From Gnetum montanum (lineage: Eukaryota; Plantae; Gnetophyta): a DNA stretch of 64,000 nucleotides. Shown here piece by piece: positions 50,940 to 64,000 of this stretch (within the stretch, counting starts at the first letter, position 1; every line of letters begins with the position of its first letter). The stretch spans positions 252,986-316,985 of the forward strand of contig MNCI01000268.1 of assembly GCA_015680685.1 (NCBI GenBank), read 5' to 3'. Under the pieces are notes generated by a model that did no database searches, was not told the origin of the DNA, and worked only from the letters and a program-made list of their open reading frames with translations. Made by a program: the position numbers and the translations under genes.

Positions 50940-51560
50940 AAGTCATACCATGAAGCTTTGAGAGAGTAATAGAATAGTGTCTCATACATGACTCATTAAT
51001 ATCGAAAAACCAATTTGGATTTATATTAGGAAGATCTACCATAGAGGCTATTTTCTTGATATGATAATTAATGAAGAAATTTTGAAAACATTAAGAAAAT
51101 CTACATATGATCTTCATTAACTTAGAAAAAGCAAATGATATAGTGATGAAAGATATTATTTGATGAGCATTACAAAGGAAAAATATCACTAATAAATATA
51201 TTAAAGTGATTCAAGGCATATATGAATGAACTACAACTAGAATTAAAATAGCTTATAGAATTACATATGATTTTCTACTCACAATAGGTCTACATCAAGG
51301 ATCTACACTTGGCCCTTGTTTGCTATTGAATTCCTTTAGTGAATCTTGCTTGCTTTTTTTTAGGTGATAAATAGTGGTAGAACATAAGTAACAATTTAAG
51401 GCCAACAATTATCTTATTGCAAACAATTTTGCTACCTAAAATCAATGGTCCAATTAGATGGTGAGATTGATAAAGATGTAAGAAATAGGATTGAAATACA
51501 ATGATCAAAACAAAGATAGGCTAGTGATGTTTTATACGATAAAAGAATCTCAATAAAATT
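50940..51560 (+). mobile_element. Second RTE-clade RT fragment
   Basis: HTMKL*..ISKNQFGFILGRSTIEAIFLI..LHMIFINLEKA..GLHQGSTL. Confidence 0.85.
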
Positions 51561-52562
51561 AAAGGAAAATAAAGAGCCATGATCAACATATCAATTGAAA
51601 GTGAGATAGTAATAATTAGTAGTAAAAAAATATTTTAAAAAAATAAAAATTTATAGGTTAAAATACAATGCTAAAAATTTATTATTACAATTTAATTTGA
51701 AGGGCAAAAGTGAGTTAGCAATTATGGCAAATATCATCCATGCAAGGCAATCAATGAGACATCGCTCAATTGATTACAGCATAAGGCTTGTGATTATCTA
51801 GGTCATAAGTTCACAAGTTTAATTCCAAAAAATACGCCAATATATAGGCCCCCAAAAATGACCTTGATGATTTAAAAATGATATAGCTCCTAAATAAATA
51901 AATGTCCACAACTTGGGCTTTCTGTCTCTACTAATTTTCTCCTCACATTAAGATTATCTTTGCGATTTCATTTAACTTTTATGCAATCCTTACAAGGACG
52001 ATAAATTACAATGTGCAGTTAATTGTACTTCATTGCTATTAATTAGCAATTAATATTGCTAACAAATCAATCGAAAAGAGAAGCTTGCTCCGATCAGATT
52101 ACAACTCATTAATTGCAGATTTTTCATTCACTGTGGACAAAAAGCCATGGGAACTTAAGGATGACTTTTAGGACCATTTCCTGTACAAATGACTACAGGT
52201 GCATAAATGATAACAGTTTTATCAAAATGAGCAACAATACATGTGTCGGTAAAGATTTCTTTCCCATGTATCAAACCCCCACTTCAATGATTAAAAAATA
52301 GCATAGAGACAAAGGCTTATCAATTTGCAACTTTTCAAATTTTGCGAAGCATTTTATCGATAAATAGAACAGGAATACTGTTGTGAAGCTTTTGAAATGT
52401 ATACTTGTATATGACTGGCAGATTGAACCAAATAGAAGCATCATCATTGTATTGATACTGGAAAGCTATTATAACAAGTTCAAATAGGTCTGAATTTCTG
52501 CAAATATGAAAAATTTTAAAATTTTTAATTACGAATGAATACTTCATACCAACGAAATATTT

Positions 52563-55500
52563 TCATCTGGTCAATTTCTGTATGCATTTCACTCTTTCAA
52601 AATTTGGAACAACAAGGTTCTTCTCAACCTCCCAGGCTAGCTGAGCCATTAATGTCAAAGATGATTTAGCATCTTTTTCATCCTTCACTTCCCTTGGAAA
52701 AGGAATACGAACTTCCAAAGCTTCATTTCGTGACCGTGTGGTAAGATGCAAGTCAAATCCTAGTTTATCAATCCATACCATCTTTGTTTCCTCAACCTAA
52801 CATTCATGCAGATCATGAAATTAAAAAGGTCACAAAAGAAATGGATCATAATCATCTTATGTACACTACGCAGTAGTGAATGAAGATAAATAAATGAATT
52901 TAATGCACAGTTATATACATTTGCATCGAAAATGCATACTGCAACACACATTTGCACTACTTTTCTATTATATCTGATGAACTCTGTTTCCATAAAGACT
53001 TGAATCTATTGATATCCTAATTTAATTTCACCTCATGATTTTTATTTTAAAAAAAAAAAGATATCACACCAATGGCATTCAGTGCATGCATTAAAATGGA
53101 CTAAGACTGAAAATATTTAGAGATGAGGAACCACGCTCCATGGGCTTTGTACCAAGTAGTGGCTAGGTTAAAACCCAGTAACACATTAGGGCAAAAATTC
53201 TCACCTAATGATGTGTGAGTGGTAAGTTCATTTATTATTCCCTTTTCTGAACATAGAAAATGATATTAAAGCAATATTGCACCCTTAGAGTTCAATCAAG
53301 GTAGAAAACAATATAGAATGGCCCACTATTAAGAAGCTATGCCCTGAAGGCCAAAACTTTGAAACTTCTTGTCTCAGTCATCTATATGCATGCATATGTA
53401 CATGTTCATTGTTGTTTCTAAATTCTCAACATTTCAAGTTTATTCTAATCCACACTATGGCTAGCTACCATATTAAGCATGCAATACGTTAGGTTTCTTA
53501 TATTCCACCCGCCCCACTTCTTCTCCAACAGAGAAAAAAAACAAAACAAAACAAAATTTCAAACAAACAAACAGATTTAGTAAGAATAATTTCCCATTGA
53601 AGTGATTTATTTAACGTTGACATGTCATGTAACTAGCACAAAAAGGTAGAGATGAAATTAGTTCAAACCTGAATATCTAAATCAACATAAATTTTACAAA
53701 TACGTTGGATGTCCTCCCAGTGTTTATCATTCATGTCTTTAATAAGCTTTGGTGCGTGGTTGCGCAGCGGATCAGCACTGGCTTCTCTGTACTCTGCAGC
53801 TCCAATCCAAAAACCTTCCTGTGCACAGAACACCCAATTTAAGACTTATTTTCCTATGCATTAATATAGGTAATTGTATAGCTTAAGTTAAATTTTTTTA
53901 AAAAAAATGAAAAGATTCTAGAATTACATACATAGAGTCTGAAAAAGGATGCTTTAAATAATAGGTTTTTTTCTTTCGAAAACAATATCAATGATAGTTA
54001 CCAAATAACTTACCTGACCTACACCTTGTGACTGAAGCACATTTTCAACAGCTATAGTATATAAGTTTTCTTGATCCACTTCTCCAACAAATTGCTTTCT
54101 CCATATGGACTGAAGCCTCTGTTAAATAAAAATCCTTGATATCTTCCCAACAAAAAAAAAAGTTCTACAGACAAATGATGTATAATTTGCTGCACATAGA
54201 CAGCAAAATAGAATGAATGCATGATGGTAAGAAATGTAACTAAGCTCAATTGAAATACACGTAAGGTTTCAGAGGGATTAGAGCAGATGCAAGAAAGTTT
54301 GTGTTTGTAGTAGTGATATGCAAGGTTAATAAACAAAGTTATCATATCCATTCAAACAAGTTACTATACTTTGAAAAAAAAAGCAACTTGGGTAAATTAG
54401 AGTATGCAGATTCATTAACAACCACAATAACATGACCAAAAACGATATCAACCAGTGCCTCTGGATAAAACTTATTTAAAAACTAACATTATAATCTAAG
54501 TTATATATATCATGCCTAAGCATTTAGCAACCGTTGCAAATATAACTATGTTTTGTTTCTTTTAAAATCTTGTGCTATAAAAAATCAAAGGCAGTTCATG
54601 TTAAAGAAACTTTAACATTGCAACCTAGTCATGGAACTGCCACTGGAAGTTTCATTATGCAAAATAAACGGTTGGAGATTTATGTCTGAAAGAGATGGAA
54701 AGGACCTCCAAATGCACACAGTTATTAAAAGTTCAGCTTTAGTTTCAATATGAAAAGTTTAATAATAAAACTTTATTAGTAGAATGTTGCGAAACAGATT
54801 TCTTCGGAAGAAAATGGCAAATCTCTGGTCAGTCATTGAATGAGCTGCAAGATTCCAGCATCAGCCATTGAATTATACAGAAGATATGTTCAAGTTACAT
54901 GAAGTTACACAGAAGATATGTTCAAGTTACATGAAGTTACATGAATATTGGACACATCTACTATACTGATTTATTTTGTATAAGTTAATTTGTTTGACAG
55001 ATCCTTTGCATCAGTACAGACATAATAAAATTTCAGTTTCAGTTCAGTCTCACTTTCTTTTTGGGTACATTTTGCTTGATATTGTAACTTCATACTGTTT
55101 GTGCTTATAATGCTAGCCTAGAAATATTGACGTAGGGACATAAAACAGAGAAATAGATCATGGACAAAAGCTTGAAAAGGAAATAGCTTAGGCATATTAA
55201 AAACATCACCTCCTTCCCCTTGCTATCTTCTGGCTTCCAGAGATTGCCCATGAAAGTGCATTCTAACTTCCTACAGCAAGGCTGGTCCAACTGTTTCGGA
55301 GCAAAATGATCCCCACGAAACTAAGAATTAGCTCTACATGAGATAAAGAAACTTTCTAAAACAACTATATTCATTGAGGAAATAAAAAACCAACATTTAA
55401 TTGACAAATAACAAATCAAATTACTGGTGCACTTAATCCCATCGGTCCAGGGTAACCATGGAAAAATGGTGGCAATGTAAAAACACAATAAACATTCAGC

Positions 55501-56195
55501 TAAGGTTCAAGGTTTTCCATATTCAACCAGTTTACATTTCAGAAGTGAAACTACTCTGTATGACAACCTAAGTTCAAACTCAACAGATAAAATGGTTGTA
55601 CTCCAGCTACGCATGGATAGCAGAATGGCGGGCATCCATGAAATGGGCTGGATGGATGCTACTAGTCATGCTACGACCCCCATAGGTTTGAAAATGTGAG
55701 GTTAAAAAGACTAAGTTAAAATCTGAAAAAGAAGATGTTATTCCTTGCATATGCTACTGAACTGTATTGTTTTGTTTCGTGTACCTGTACATGCAAGCTA
55801 CATCGTGAATGATGCAAGAAATGCTTTGAATGAATGGATGAAGGATGCAGAAATAGCACTGGCATGCCAAGATCATCCACGGTGAAGTTGATAGAATCGC
55901 AGAAAGGCCATCCAGACTCGGTCAAAGTGCATATTGTGCCCTCACAGCAGAGCTCCACCACTGTTCTGCTTGTTTCTGCAGGCCATGGCCTTGCTGTCTG
56001 CAATTGCAATGCACCACCGCTGCTACATTTGCTGCTGTATTTCGCAATCAAATTTGGAGACTTTGAATTTGAATTTGAGCCTATTATTATGTGTCTTCGC
56101 ACGGGCTTTGCCCTAGCTTCTGAAAGGGGGCGACCAGTAGCAGTGCCAATTCCAGGGGCAATGGCAGCACATGAATAGGTGAGCACCAAATTCAT
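52563..56195 (-). CDS. GluTRBP: Glutamyl-tRNA reductase-binding protein, chloroplastic (GluTRBP/PGR7-like), 326 aa; exons 56195-55785, 55290-55210, 54118-54014, 53818-53669, 52796-52563
   Basis: All four introns are GT-AG, phase 0. Joined protein: transit-peptide-like N-terminus, RPWPAETSRTVVELCCEGTICTLTESGWP..CSLHVQ|LDQPCCRKLECTFMGNL|RLQSIWRKQF..LYTIAVENVLQ|EGFWI..ASADPLR..EDIQRICKIYVDLD|VEETKMVWIDKLGFD..VRIPFPREVKDEKDAKSS..QLAWEVEK. Matches the Arabidopsis GBP as recalled from memory. Confidence 0.95.
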
Positions 56196-56789
56196 TTGAG
56201 AAACGAAATGTGCACCAAATTGCCTCGCAATTTCTACAACACAAAACTTAAAAGCGTTCGGAGTAGTAGAGTATGCTCAGACGGTATTCTGCGCAGCTGC
56301 GTATATAATCTGATCTAAGGAAAGCAAAAGATGATGCAGGATTCTGCTAAATGCAGTAAAAGACAGACATGGACGGACGGATGCCATTTATGCTCTTCGC
56401 TGCATCCATTGATATGGAATTTGCGTCGTTGTATTTCGTAAAAAACAAGCTTCAATTGTAGTAAGTTAAACATAAACATAGCTGGCTTCTGTCAGGCGAC
56501 TTACCTTGCAAGTTCCAACAAATTCTCCACACCACACCACTCCAGTCCACTGGATGGATGAACGGATAGACTTTACAGCAATCTCAATCTCAATGTCTGC
56601 ATCTTTTCTTGCCTTCGAATTCAGGCAAATCACTACGCAACCTCAGCATACTTGCATTTGCATTCAACACATCCTTTTAATAAAATACATTTTCGGATCT
56701 AACAAAAGTTAGAAATCTCTGTCATCCTATCCATGATGATTAGGCCAATTGGAGCTTGCTTTTACGGCGAGTAGAGTAATTTGTCCCTT

Positions 56790-56795
56790 CACGTG
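56790..56795. promoter_or_regulatory. G-box (CACGTG) in proximal upstream region of GluTRBP
   Basis: Exact hexamer ~600 bp upstream of the ATG of a tetrapyrrole-pathway gene. Function inferred only. Confidence 0.35.
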
Positions 56796-56879
56796 CCTGT
56801 TGAATTCCTTAACCTGAAACTCAGAATTCCTTTTATGAAATTTTTTTAATTTATAGTTTAGTGCTTCTCATTCGAATTG

Positions 56880-59800
56880 AAATTGGGGGTTGCCAAAAAT
56901 TTTATTAATGAACAGCAGCAATATATCTAAGGATGGTTCATTACCGAAAGCTCATATCCAAAATGCATTACATTATACATATCTAAGGATGGTTCGTTAT
57001 CAAAAGCTCATATCCAAAATGCATTACATTATACTTTCAAAGCATCAAAAATAGTAGGAGGAAGAAAGGAAAGGCTCAACAATTTTGGGGTGGTAATATT
57101 GGTTTTCACCCTTGCAACCAATCCTAAAAAATCTTCTCTCGAGGGTAGGAAAAGGATCAAGCCAAGCCCTCTATTAGAAGTGCCCTTTCAAGTTTTCACT
57201 TCCAGTAAGAGGTTTCCTAAAAAATCAAACATCATCTAAATAAAATCAAGGAATAGCACAAGGAGCATACTTCCATACACATATGGAAGTTTTCAGTATT
57301 CCTAGGATACCTCTTTTATTATGAACTTGAAATTAAAAATTCATACGAAAAGTTAATTGTATCTCAAAATTGAAGCTCTGCTTTGTAAAATATTTCTTGT
57401 AGATCACATCACATTTGTGCTTCCAAATGCAAAAAAGGACATCAAGCTTAAACATATTTTAAAAAGTTATCAAAACTATCAATATTTATTGTCCCTACTA
57501 AAGATATTTATTGTCAATATTTATAAATCTTCTTACTAAAGATAACAATTTGCCAACCCATTTACTAATTTTCTGATGAACTTTATGAAGAACTTTCACC
57601 TAGAAATGATTGACCAAAGCGAAGGAACAAAATAGAATGCTCAATAGAGTTATAAACTCAAAGGTTAAACACAGCTTCATGGAAAATTAGAAAGCTCCAG
57701 AGGAATATTGCCAAGCTTGGACCTCATAGCATGAATTTTGTTCCAATTAATAGCAAAACCAAAGAATAAAACACAATGTTTAAATTATCTTCCATTGCTT
57801 GTAGAAGGAGAAAACTATCATTTGCAAAGTGATTATTAATAATTTGAGGTCGAATAGTCTAAAGAGATAAACCTTGGATCTTATCTTGAAAAAGATAGTG
57901 CTGTAAAATATAACTAATAGCTTCAGCAACAAGAATAAAAAGATAAGAAGAAAGAGGACAACCTTTCCTAACTAATCTTTGAATAGTAATTATAGAAGAG
58001 CAACTCTTATTAATGCATATCTTGATACTAGCAAAGATAAATAACATTCTAACATGAGAGATAAAAGAAAAACATAAGCCTAACTTCTATAACATAACCA
58101 AAATAAAAGGCCACTCCATCCTATCATAAGCTTTACCATAATCTAATTTTAGAAGAACAATATCTTGATTAGTATCCATGGCCAAATTCATTACCTCTGT
58201 AGCTATGAAAACATTAATCAAAATAAACCTAACTAGAACAAAACCAGTTTGTTCTTCTTTAACTAATTAAGATAAATACCTTCAAACTTCTAAAGTTAAA
58301 GCCTTAGCAATAATTTTATAGCTAACATTCAACAAAGTGATAGGCCAGTAATTATTAATCTCAAATTTATTACCTGCCTTCAAAATCAGTTTTATCAAAC
58401 CATAATAAACCATTTGACTAAAAGAATCTTTAGATAGAGCTTTCTGATACATGTTGAAAAAATCAATAGCAATGGCATCCTAAAATTCTTTATAAAACTC
58501 ACAAGGTAGATTCTCAGGCTAGGAGATTTGTCATTAGCCATAGAGAAAATAGCATATTTAAAATCCTACATGGTTTATATATCATCCTCTTCCAAAATAG
58601 AGTAAGAATAAGTAGGAGTCATAGATGTACAAAAATCTAGATCCTCTTTATCAATACCTTGTAAAGTAAACACATCTCAATAATGAGCAATGAAAGCATC
58701 TAAAATATTTGTAAAACTAGAGAGAATCTCACCATTAACATGAATTTCATCAATTTGATAACTTACTTTAGGATATTTTAAAAACTTGAAGAATTCTTTT
58801 GAAGCTTTGTCCCTTGTTTTCAACAAAGATAACTAACACCTAAGTAAATCATCTTACATCTTGTAATTTTCAAAAATTTTCTACTACGATTAAAGGCTCA
58901 GAAGTTGTTGCTAAATACTTTCATCATGAGCTATATGAAACAAATATTTTGTCAATTGATGAATTTTGTGCCTAGTTTCAAGAGTAACAACTTGAAACTT
59001 TTGAGCTAAGCATTTACCAAAGTATCTTAAAAATCTCATAGTGTAAATAATAGTATTTTTCTACTATTCAATAAAACCATTAGAATTTAATAGTCTTGGA
59101 ATCAAGTTTCAAACATGCTGAAAGGATTTGTGAAAATTTTTATTAGATAAAAAAATAGTATTATCAATAATAATCTCAAAGGGAAGGTTCACATGGCCTA
59201 TTCTTTCAATTGAGAATTTGATGAGCAGATGATATGAAAGAGTGCATTTTGGATGTGCTTGAACAAATAAACTATGTTGAAACTCAAAGCATTAATCAAG
59301 AGAAGTGGAAAGATAAGCTTTATCTAAGCTATGACAAATTCTTAGCAAGCCAAATCTACTACTAGACTAGTTAAAGTAGCCTATATCTCTATGATTTCCA
59401 CTATCATTAGGATCTCAAAATGCAAACCTATTTCTAAATGAAGACCAAGCTCTCCATTCATCTTGTTGAAAAGTAAAAGGTATCCCTCCTATTTTTTCTA
59501 AGTTATTTTCTGACATATTAAATTCCCCACAAATTGACCAAATATCATTAGGAAAACCATTGTTAAGTTGAAACCAATGCATAACTCTTTCTTGGAAATC
59601 ATTTGAAACATATATACTACAAATGCCAAAAATTGCACCAAAAACATTTAAGCAAACTCAAATATCTCTAGTTTCTGAAATAGAACCAGAATCAATGATG
59701 TACTAAGAATATTTTGAAGCAACACAAAGAAGAACACCACCTCTTTTAACTTCATGATTTCTAAGAAAATATCTTCCCCTAGGCATAAAAAAATTAGCTA

Positions 59801-60745
59801 GTAAAGTCAAATTAAAATAACCTATTTTAACCTATTGAAGACATAAAAAATTAGAATTTTCACAATGATATCAAATAATTTCCTATCATCAAGGATATGT
59901 TAATCCTTGAACATTCCAAGAGATTAACTTCATGAGGGTACAATGCCCAACTTAATTCCTTCTTCAATATCCCTACCATAATAAAAAGGCTTAACTTGCT
60001 CAAAATTAGAAACAATTCACTTATGGGTTTGACAAGTAATTTTCTTTGAAGTTCTTGAGGTCTTCCTCTTTAGGATCGTTGCATATGATGCATTACTTTC
60101 TTCCCTATGAGAATGAAAATCACTTGAAAGCACGACATCATTTCTAAAGACTTGTAACGTTTCTTGGATAATAGAATTTGAAGGTGGTAGCTTCTCTATT
60201 TTTTTCTAACGTCTCTTTACCTCTATCCATCCATCTTTTTAAGGATTCATTTGCTTTTCTAACAATTCATCTAAAACATTTGCAACTCCTTTGTTAGAAT
60301 TTTGGAAAGCATCTTCTATAGTCTTAATTTCTTATCTTTAGCAGTTCTTTTGGCATTTAGTTTGGAATAATTAAAAACCTTGTAAGATGGCTCATGACTA
60401 CAAAAACATGTATTAGGAAGGGTCAAATAAGAAATGTTTTATTCTAAAATCTTTCCTCTGTATGCTAGCTCAATAAAAGATGAAAGTTCTTTGATTAAAT
60501 CTAGTTTTAGACAAACCCTTCTAGTTGGGCAAGCATAGAAACCCCATTTTTTTTTCTAAAAATAATACTTTTCTAATCATGCTAGCAATATTAGTGGTTA
60601 AAGAAAAATAACCATTGGCAAATTAGGAAACTCAATGCAAATTAGTAAAATACTTTTTTGTGCTTTAGTAGGATCAAAGTCTTCTTGCCATTTGTGCAGT
60701 ACTAAAAAAGTATTGTGCACAAACCATGGAGTGTTCTATCATACT
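56880..60745 (-). mobile_element. L1-clade LINE, degenerate, 5'-truncated (ORF1 remnant ~60000-60745; ORF2 from 59933)
   Basis: ORF2 start MKLISWNVQGL, CGEFN endonuclease, WPITLLNVSYKIIAKAL, QTGFV, KLDYGKAYDR, VRKGCPLSSYLFILVAE and FAND RT motifs. ORF1 PWFV..LHKW..FDP..IEFPNLP. AATAAA at ~56901-56906. Confidence 0.9.
56923..57034. repeat. 56-bp direct tandem duplication
   Basis: atatctaaggatggttc(a/g)tta(c/t)c(g/a)aaagctcatatccaaaatgcattacattatac x2. Confidence 0.95.
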
Positions 60746-62738
60746 ACCACACTTCCTCCATTGATAAAGTTATATTTTCTTTAGCAAATTTCTTCATGTC
60801 AAGGTTGACTTTGGCAAACTGCTCTTGTAGCTGATGGATGCTTTCTTTAAGCATATTATTTTATTTTTCAATTTTAGTCAACCTTACATTTTCTGTAGCA
60901 ATTTTCTTATTTTCATCTTTTAAGGTAGTTAAGTCTTTGGCATGGGCATAAGTTTGTGCTTCTACCATTGAGGCATTTCATGTTGCCTTTTCTTTTTCCT
61001 TCTGCATTTGGGTATATTTGGCCATTTGTTCAATTCTAAATTTTTCTAGCTAGTCTAGTGTAATATATCATGAAGGGTCTTGTCTTTTTGATTTTAAAGA
61101 AGCTAATTCTGCTTATAACTTCTACACTTCATTTTCTACATGATCTACTTATGTCTTTGCCATTACCAGCTTGCCCTTGGTTGAAATTAGTTCTAACTAT
61201 ACTGCAATGATATCACTTGAAATATCAATAAGATTCTACATCACTTGCCCAATTTGTAGCAATCAATCCAAAATATCTTCATGCTCCTCTCTGGTCATGG
61301 ATGTTCTAGCTATAGTTTCAACATCTTTTGCTCCAATGATATCTGTCAATTGTATAATGGAAACAGTAAAGGATTCTTTGATATGATCTATTATTACTTA
61401 TGCAACTCCTACTACATCCTAATGTTGCATAACCATCACTATGGCACCTTCTCTTGTTTCTAGCATTACCAAGAAAGATGTAGCATTCCTAGATATTTGT
61501 AGTATCTAGTCCTCATCTTCTCCTGCTTGTAATGAGATCTGACCACTTTCAAGTCCTATTGATATAGTAGGCTTGCTTGAATTGTCTCTTACTCTATATA
61601 TGCTAAAGACCTCTTTGCTTTCCCAACTTATTGTTTCAGCTATTTTTTGTAAATGTCTCATTAAGAGTTAGTAGTCTTGCTATGCCAATGAAGCACTTGG
61701 TCTTGGTCTACCAATGGCTAGTGTTAACCCACTTGATCATCCTTGCTCTTGTCCTGAAGTTGGGATGTTTCCAACCAATGTAGATCCAGTTACTCTCTCA
61801 ATGCTTGCTGGATGATCCAACTAATCTTTCTTTGGAGGCACTGGTTTTAAAATTTTGGCATACAACTTCTATGCTTTATAGAGAACATCATTTGTGTAAC
61901 CTAGAATTCTTGCTTGTCAACATAGTCTTCTAATAAAGCAAAGAAATGATAGGGTGAGTTTCCTTTCCTTCTTCTTCTTAAATCTCCTTTGGATTTCCAA
62001 AAATAACAAACGAGTCATATTAGCCTAGAATGTCCCCATTATGATAGCCCTTCCTCTAGTGGCATAAGTAGAAATTCTATTTAGTCTTTTGATTAGAAAG
62101 AGATGGTAGGTCCCAATTTTAGAGTAAATCTTCTCTACTATGAACAATCCACTGTATTCTTTTTTGCTTATACTATAGATCCTTTACATCCATAAATTTC
62201 TTACCTCTGTGTCAAACCTTATAGAGATTTGAGCTATTTTGGCTCTAACATTTGGAAAATTAAGTACCTCAGCTATCACCTCAACTAAATATGGCACTGT
62301 GATTCCTTCTATCTTGACTATAGCATCAGCATGTTTGTTCTTTCAAAACTAGTGCACTTTCCCCAAGATCAATTTGTCATTACATGAGATTGTAGGCCAA
62401 AGAGGAGAGGCTTGGAGTTGCACTTGAATATCAATAGGGGTAAATTCCATGAATGATCCAAAGTTGAATTCCACTATGATAGTGAACATGATGGAATTTT
62501 CTTGAATTGGTTGGAGACATTCATCTAACAACATGAGGTGTTGTCCTTGCTCTTGACCAAGTAATGCATCAACTTTAGCTTGCAAAGATTACTCCATCAT
62601 AAATGTAGGCTACTAGATGATATAGAATTAAGCCTCTTGCTCAGCAAGTAAAGTATGTTCTCTAGCTTGTCCTCTTCCTCTAGGTCTCATACCCCTTTTT
62701 TGTGAGGATCCTTCAGCTGTGAGTCTTTTGGGAGTCAT
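60745..62738 (-). pseudogene. Third copy of the env-like/coiled-coil extra ORF (Athila-like remnant)
   Basis: ttgcag|ATG MTPKRLTAEGSSQKRG..; LLDECLQPIQ..VEFNFGSFMEFTPIDIQVQLQASPLWPTIS..LILG; ...SIHQLQEQFAKVNLDMKKFAKENITLSMEEV. Aligns to the A extra ORF. Confidence 0.85.
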
Positions 62739-63600
62739 CTGCAATCATAAAGGATTCATTTAAGATCACCCCAAGGATTTTAAATAAGTTTCTAATAATT
62801 AATAATCCTTTCTCGAGGTTTTTTGCTTAACCATAATCAATTCTTATTATTATTATTTGATCTCTCATTAAGATTTTAGATTTAGAAAAAATTCCAAAGA
62901 AATCCTTAATTGTTGTATTTTCTTTTACAAACAAGTTTTTTTTATGATCTCTCACAATTGTTAATTTCTTGTTTAACATATGTTTGAATGGTTAATTAGG
63001 AAGAATTGTTAGCCTTTATTTAGTTATTTAGTTAACATATAATCCATTCTTATTATTCTTACCCTTCATATGTTCTTCTAGACATTAGAAAAATTTGATG
63101 TGAATCACACAAACTACATGCAACACTCTCCCCCATGACTAAGTTGGTCACTCTATTAACAAAGGATTTAATAATCACGTAAATTAAAGTTGTAGTGAGG
63201 AAGATACGAAGCTCAAAATTTTGGGTGTAGAGGATCAAAAAAACAACATGAACTCCCTATATGTGAAATGAGATAAATGAATAATTTTCTAACTCCTCAT
63301 GCATATATATAGTTTTTCTCGAGGATACATCATAGATACAACATCATGGATGCAATATTGCAGGGGCCAATACATCGTATCTATGATATCACCTTTTAAT
63401 TTTTCGAGACTTTGAGCGATTTTTTATGGAAAAATTAAGCAAAATGGATAGTTTGGAAGGTATAGAGATGGTTCAAAGAATTCTTGATCATGGGTGATGC
63501 TCAAAACATAAGAATTTATCATTGAAAGTATGTAAAAGAAGGAATTTTAGCAAGGTAGGTTGATAAAGTCTGTAGAAGATGAGTTGATAGGAAATAAGTC

Positions 63601-64000
63601 TGATGAGTGGCGAGGTACCCCTACACTCAACCATACAAATACGAGCGTGCACGCGCGATCCAATTGAACTCCGCAGACTAAATGCCTTAACACCACAACA
63701 AACACTTGGGGTTAATCGTTCGTTGTCTTCCCAGGCTTGCTTGTAAGTGTCACGGTGTATGGTTAAGCAAGTCTGAGGTATGTGATTTTTTTGGTAATTT
63801 TCGGTTTATCTTCTATGCTATCAAGGGAAAAGGGTTGAGAAACTAACTAACTCTAACTAATGTCCTAAGTCTAAGTTAACTAGCGTCAGCATCTGTTCCC
63901 ACTTTCCGGACACACCCTGAACTATGCAACTGTGGCTTACCAAACGCTAATCGTTACTGGGATCGCCACACGTAACGCAACTGCTCGAAGTGGTCGTACT
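63601..64000 (-). mobile_element. Athila-like LTR (U5 end; related to B LTR), continues beyond window
   Basis: TGATGAGTGGCGAGGTACCCCTACAC... closely matches B LTR starts at 17004 and 24171. No PBS adjacent. Confidence 0.88.

Noticed and set aside
54052-54351. ORF-track 99-aa ORF in GluTRBP
   Set aside because: Mostly intron, in a frame different from true exon 3 (54118-54014).
54873-54945. 32-bp tandem duplication in GluTRBP intron 2
   Set aside because: Ordinary slippage duplication with no evident significance.

Overview
Plant nuclear DNA (AT-rich, strongly CpG/CpHpG-decayed, typical of a large vascular-plant genome). It consists of a ~46 kb nest of LTR retrotransposons (1-46033), Copia and RTE remnants, one intact host gene, an L1 LINE and another Athila-like remnant. 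The host gene encodes the chloroplast glutamyl-tRNA reductase-binding protein (GluTRBP/PGR7-like; 5 coding exons, minus strand, 52563-56195, 326 aa). The nest resolves through LTR pairs and 5-bp target-site duplications (TSDs). An old Athila-like element C (10680-46033) received a Tat-like element in its env-like ORF, and that Tat LTR carries a gag-only SIRE copia (4449-10216). C also received a ~6 kb non-autonomous chromovirus-type LTR element D (15828-43131) in its pol. D was then hit by two Athila-like elements: B (17004-25017) and A (25147-38452). Main finding: removing A and B at their TSDs restores, inside D, an intronless ~405-codon CCR4-type (EEP) deadenylase catalytic-domain ORF. It is D's only recognisable coding cargo and is nearly invisible in the ORF track. 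The Athila-like elements also carry an unusually long (~950 codon) env-like/coiled-coil extra ORF, apparently a second spliced transcription unit behind an internal promoter built from LTR U3-like motifs.
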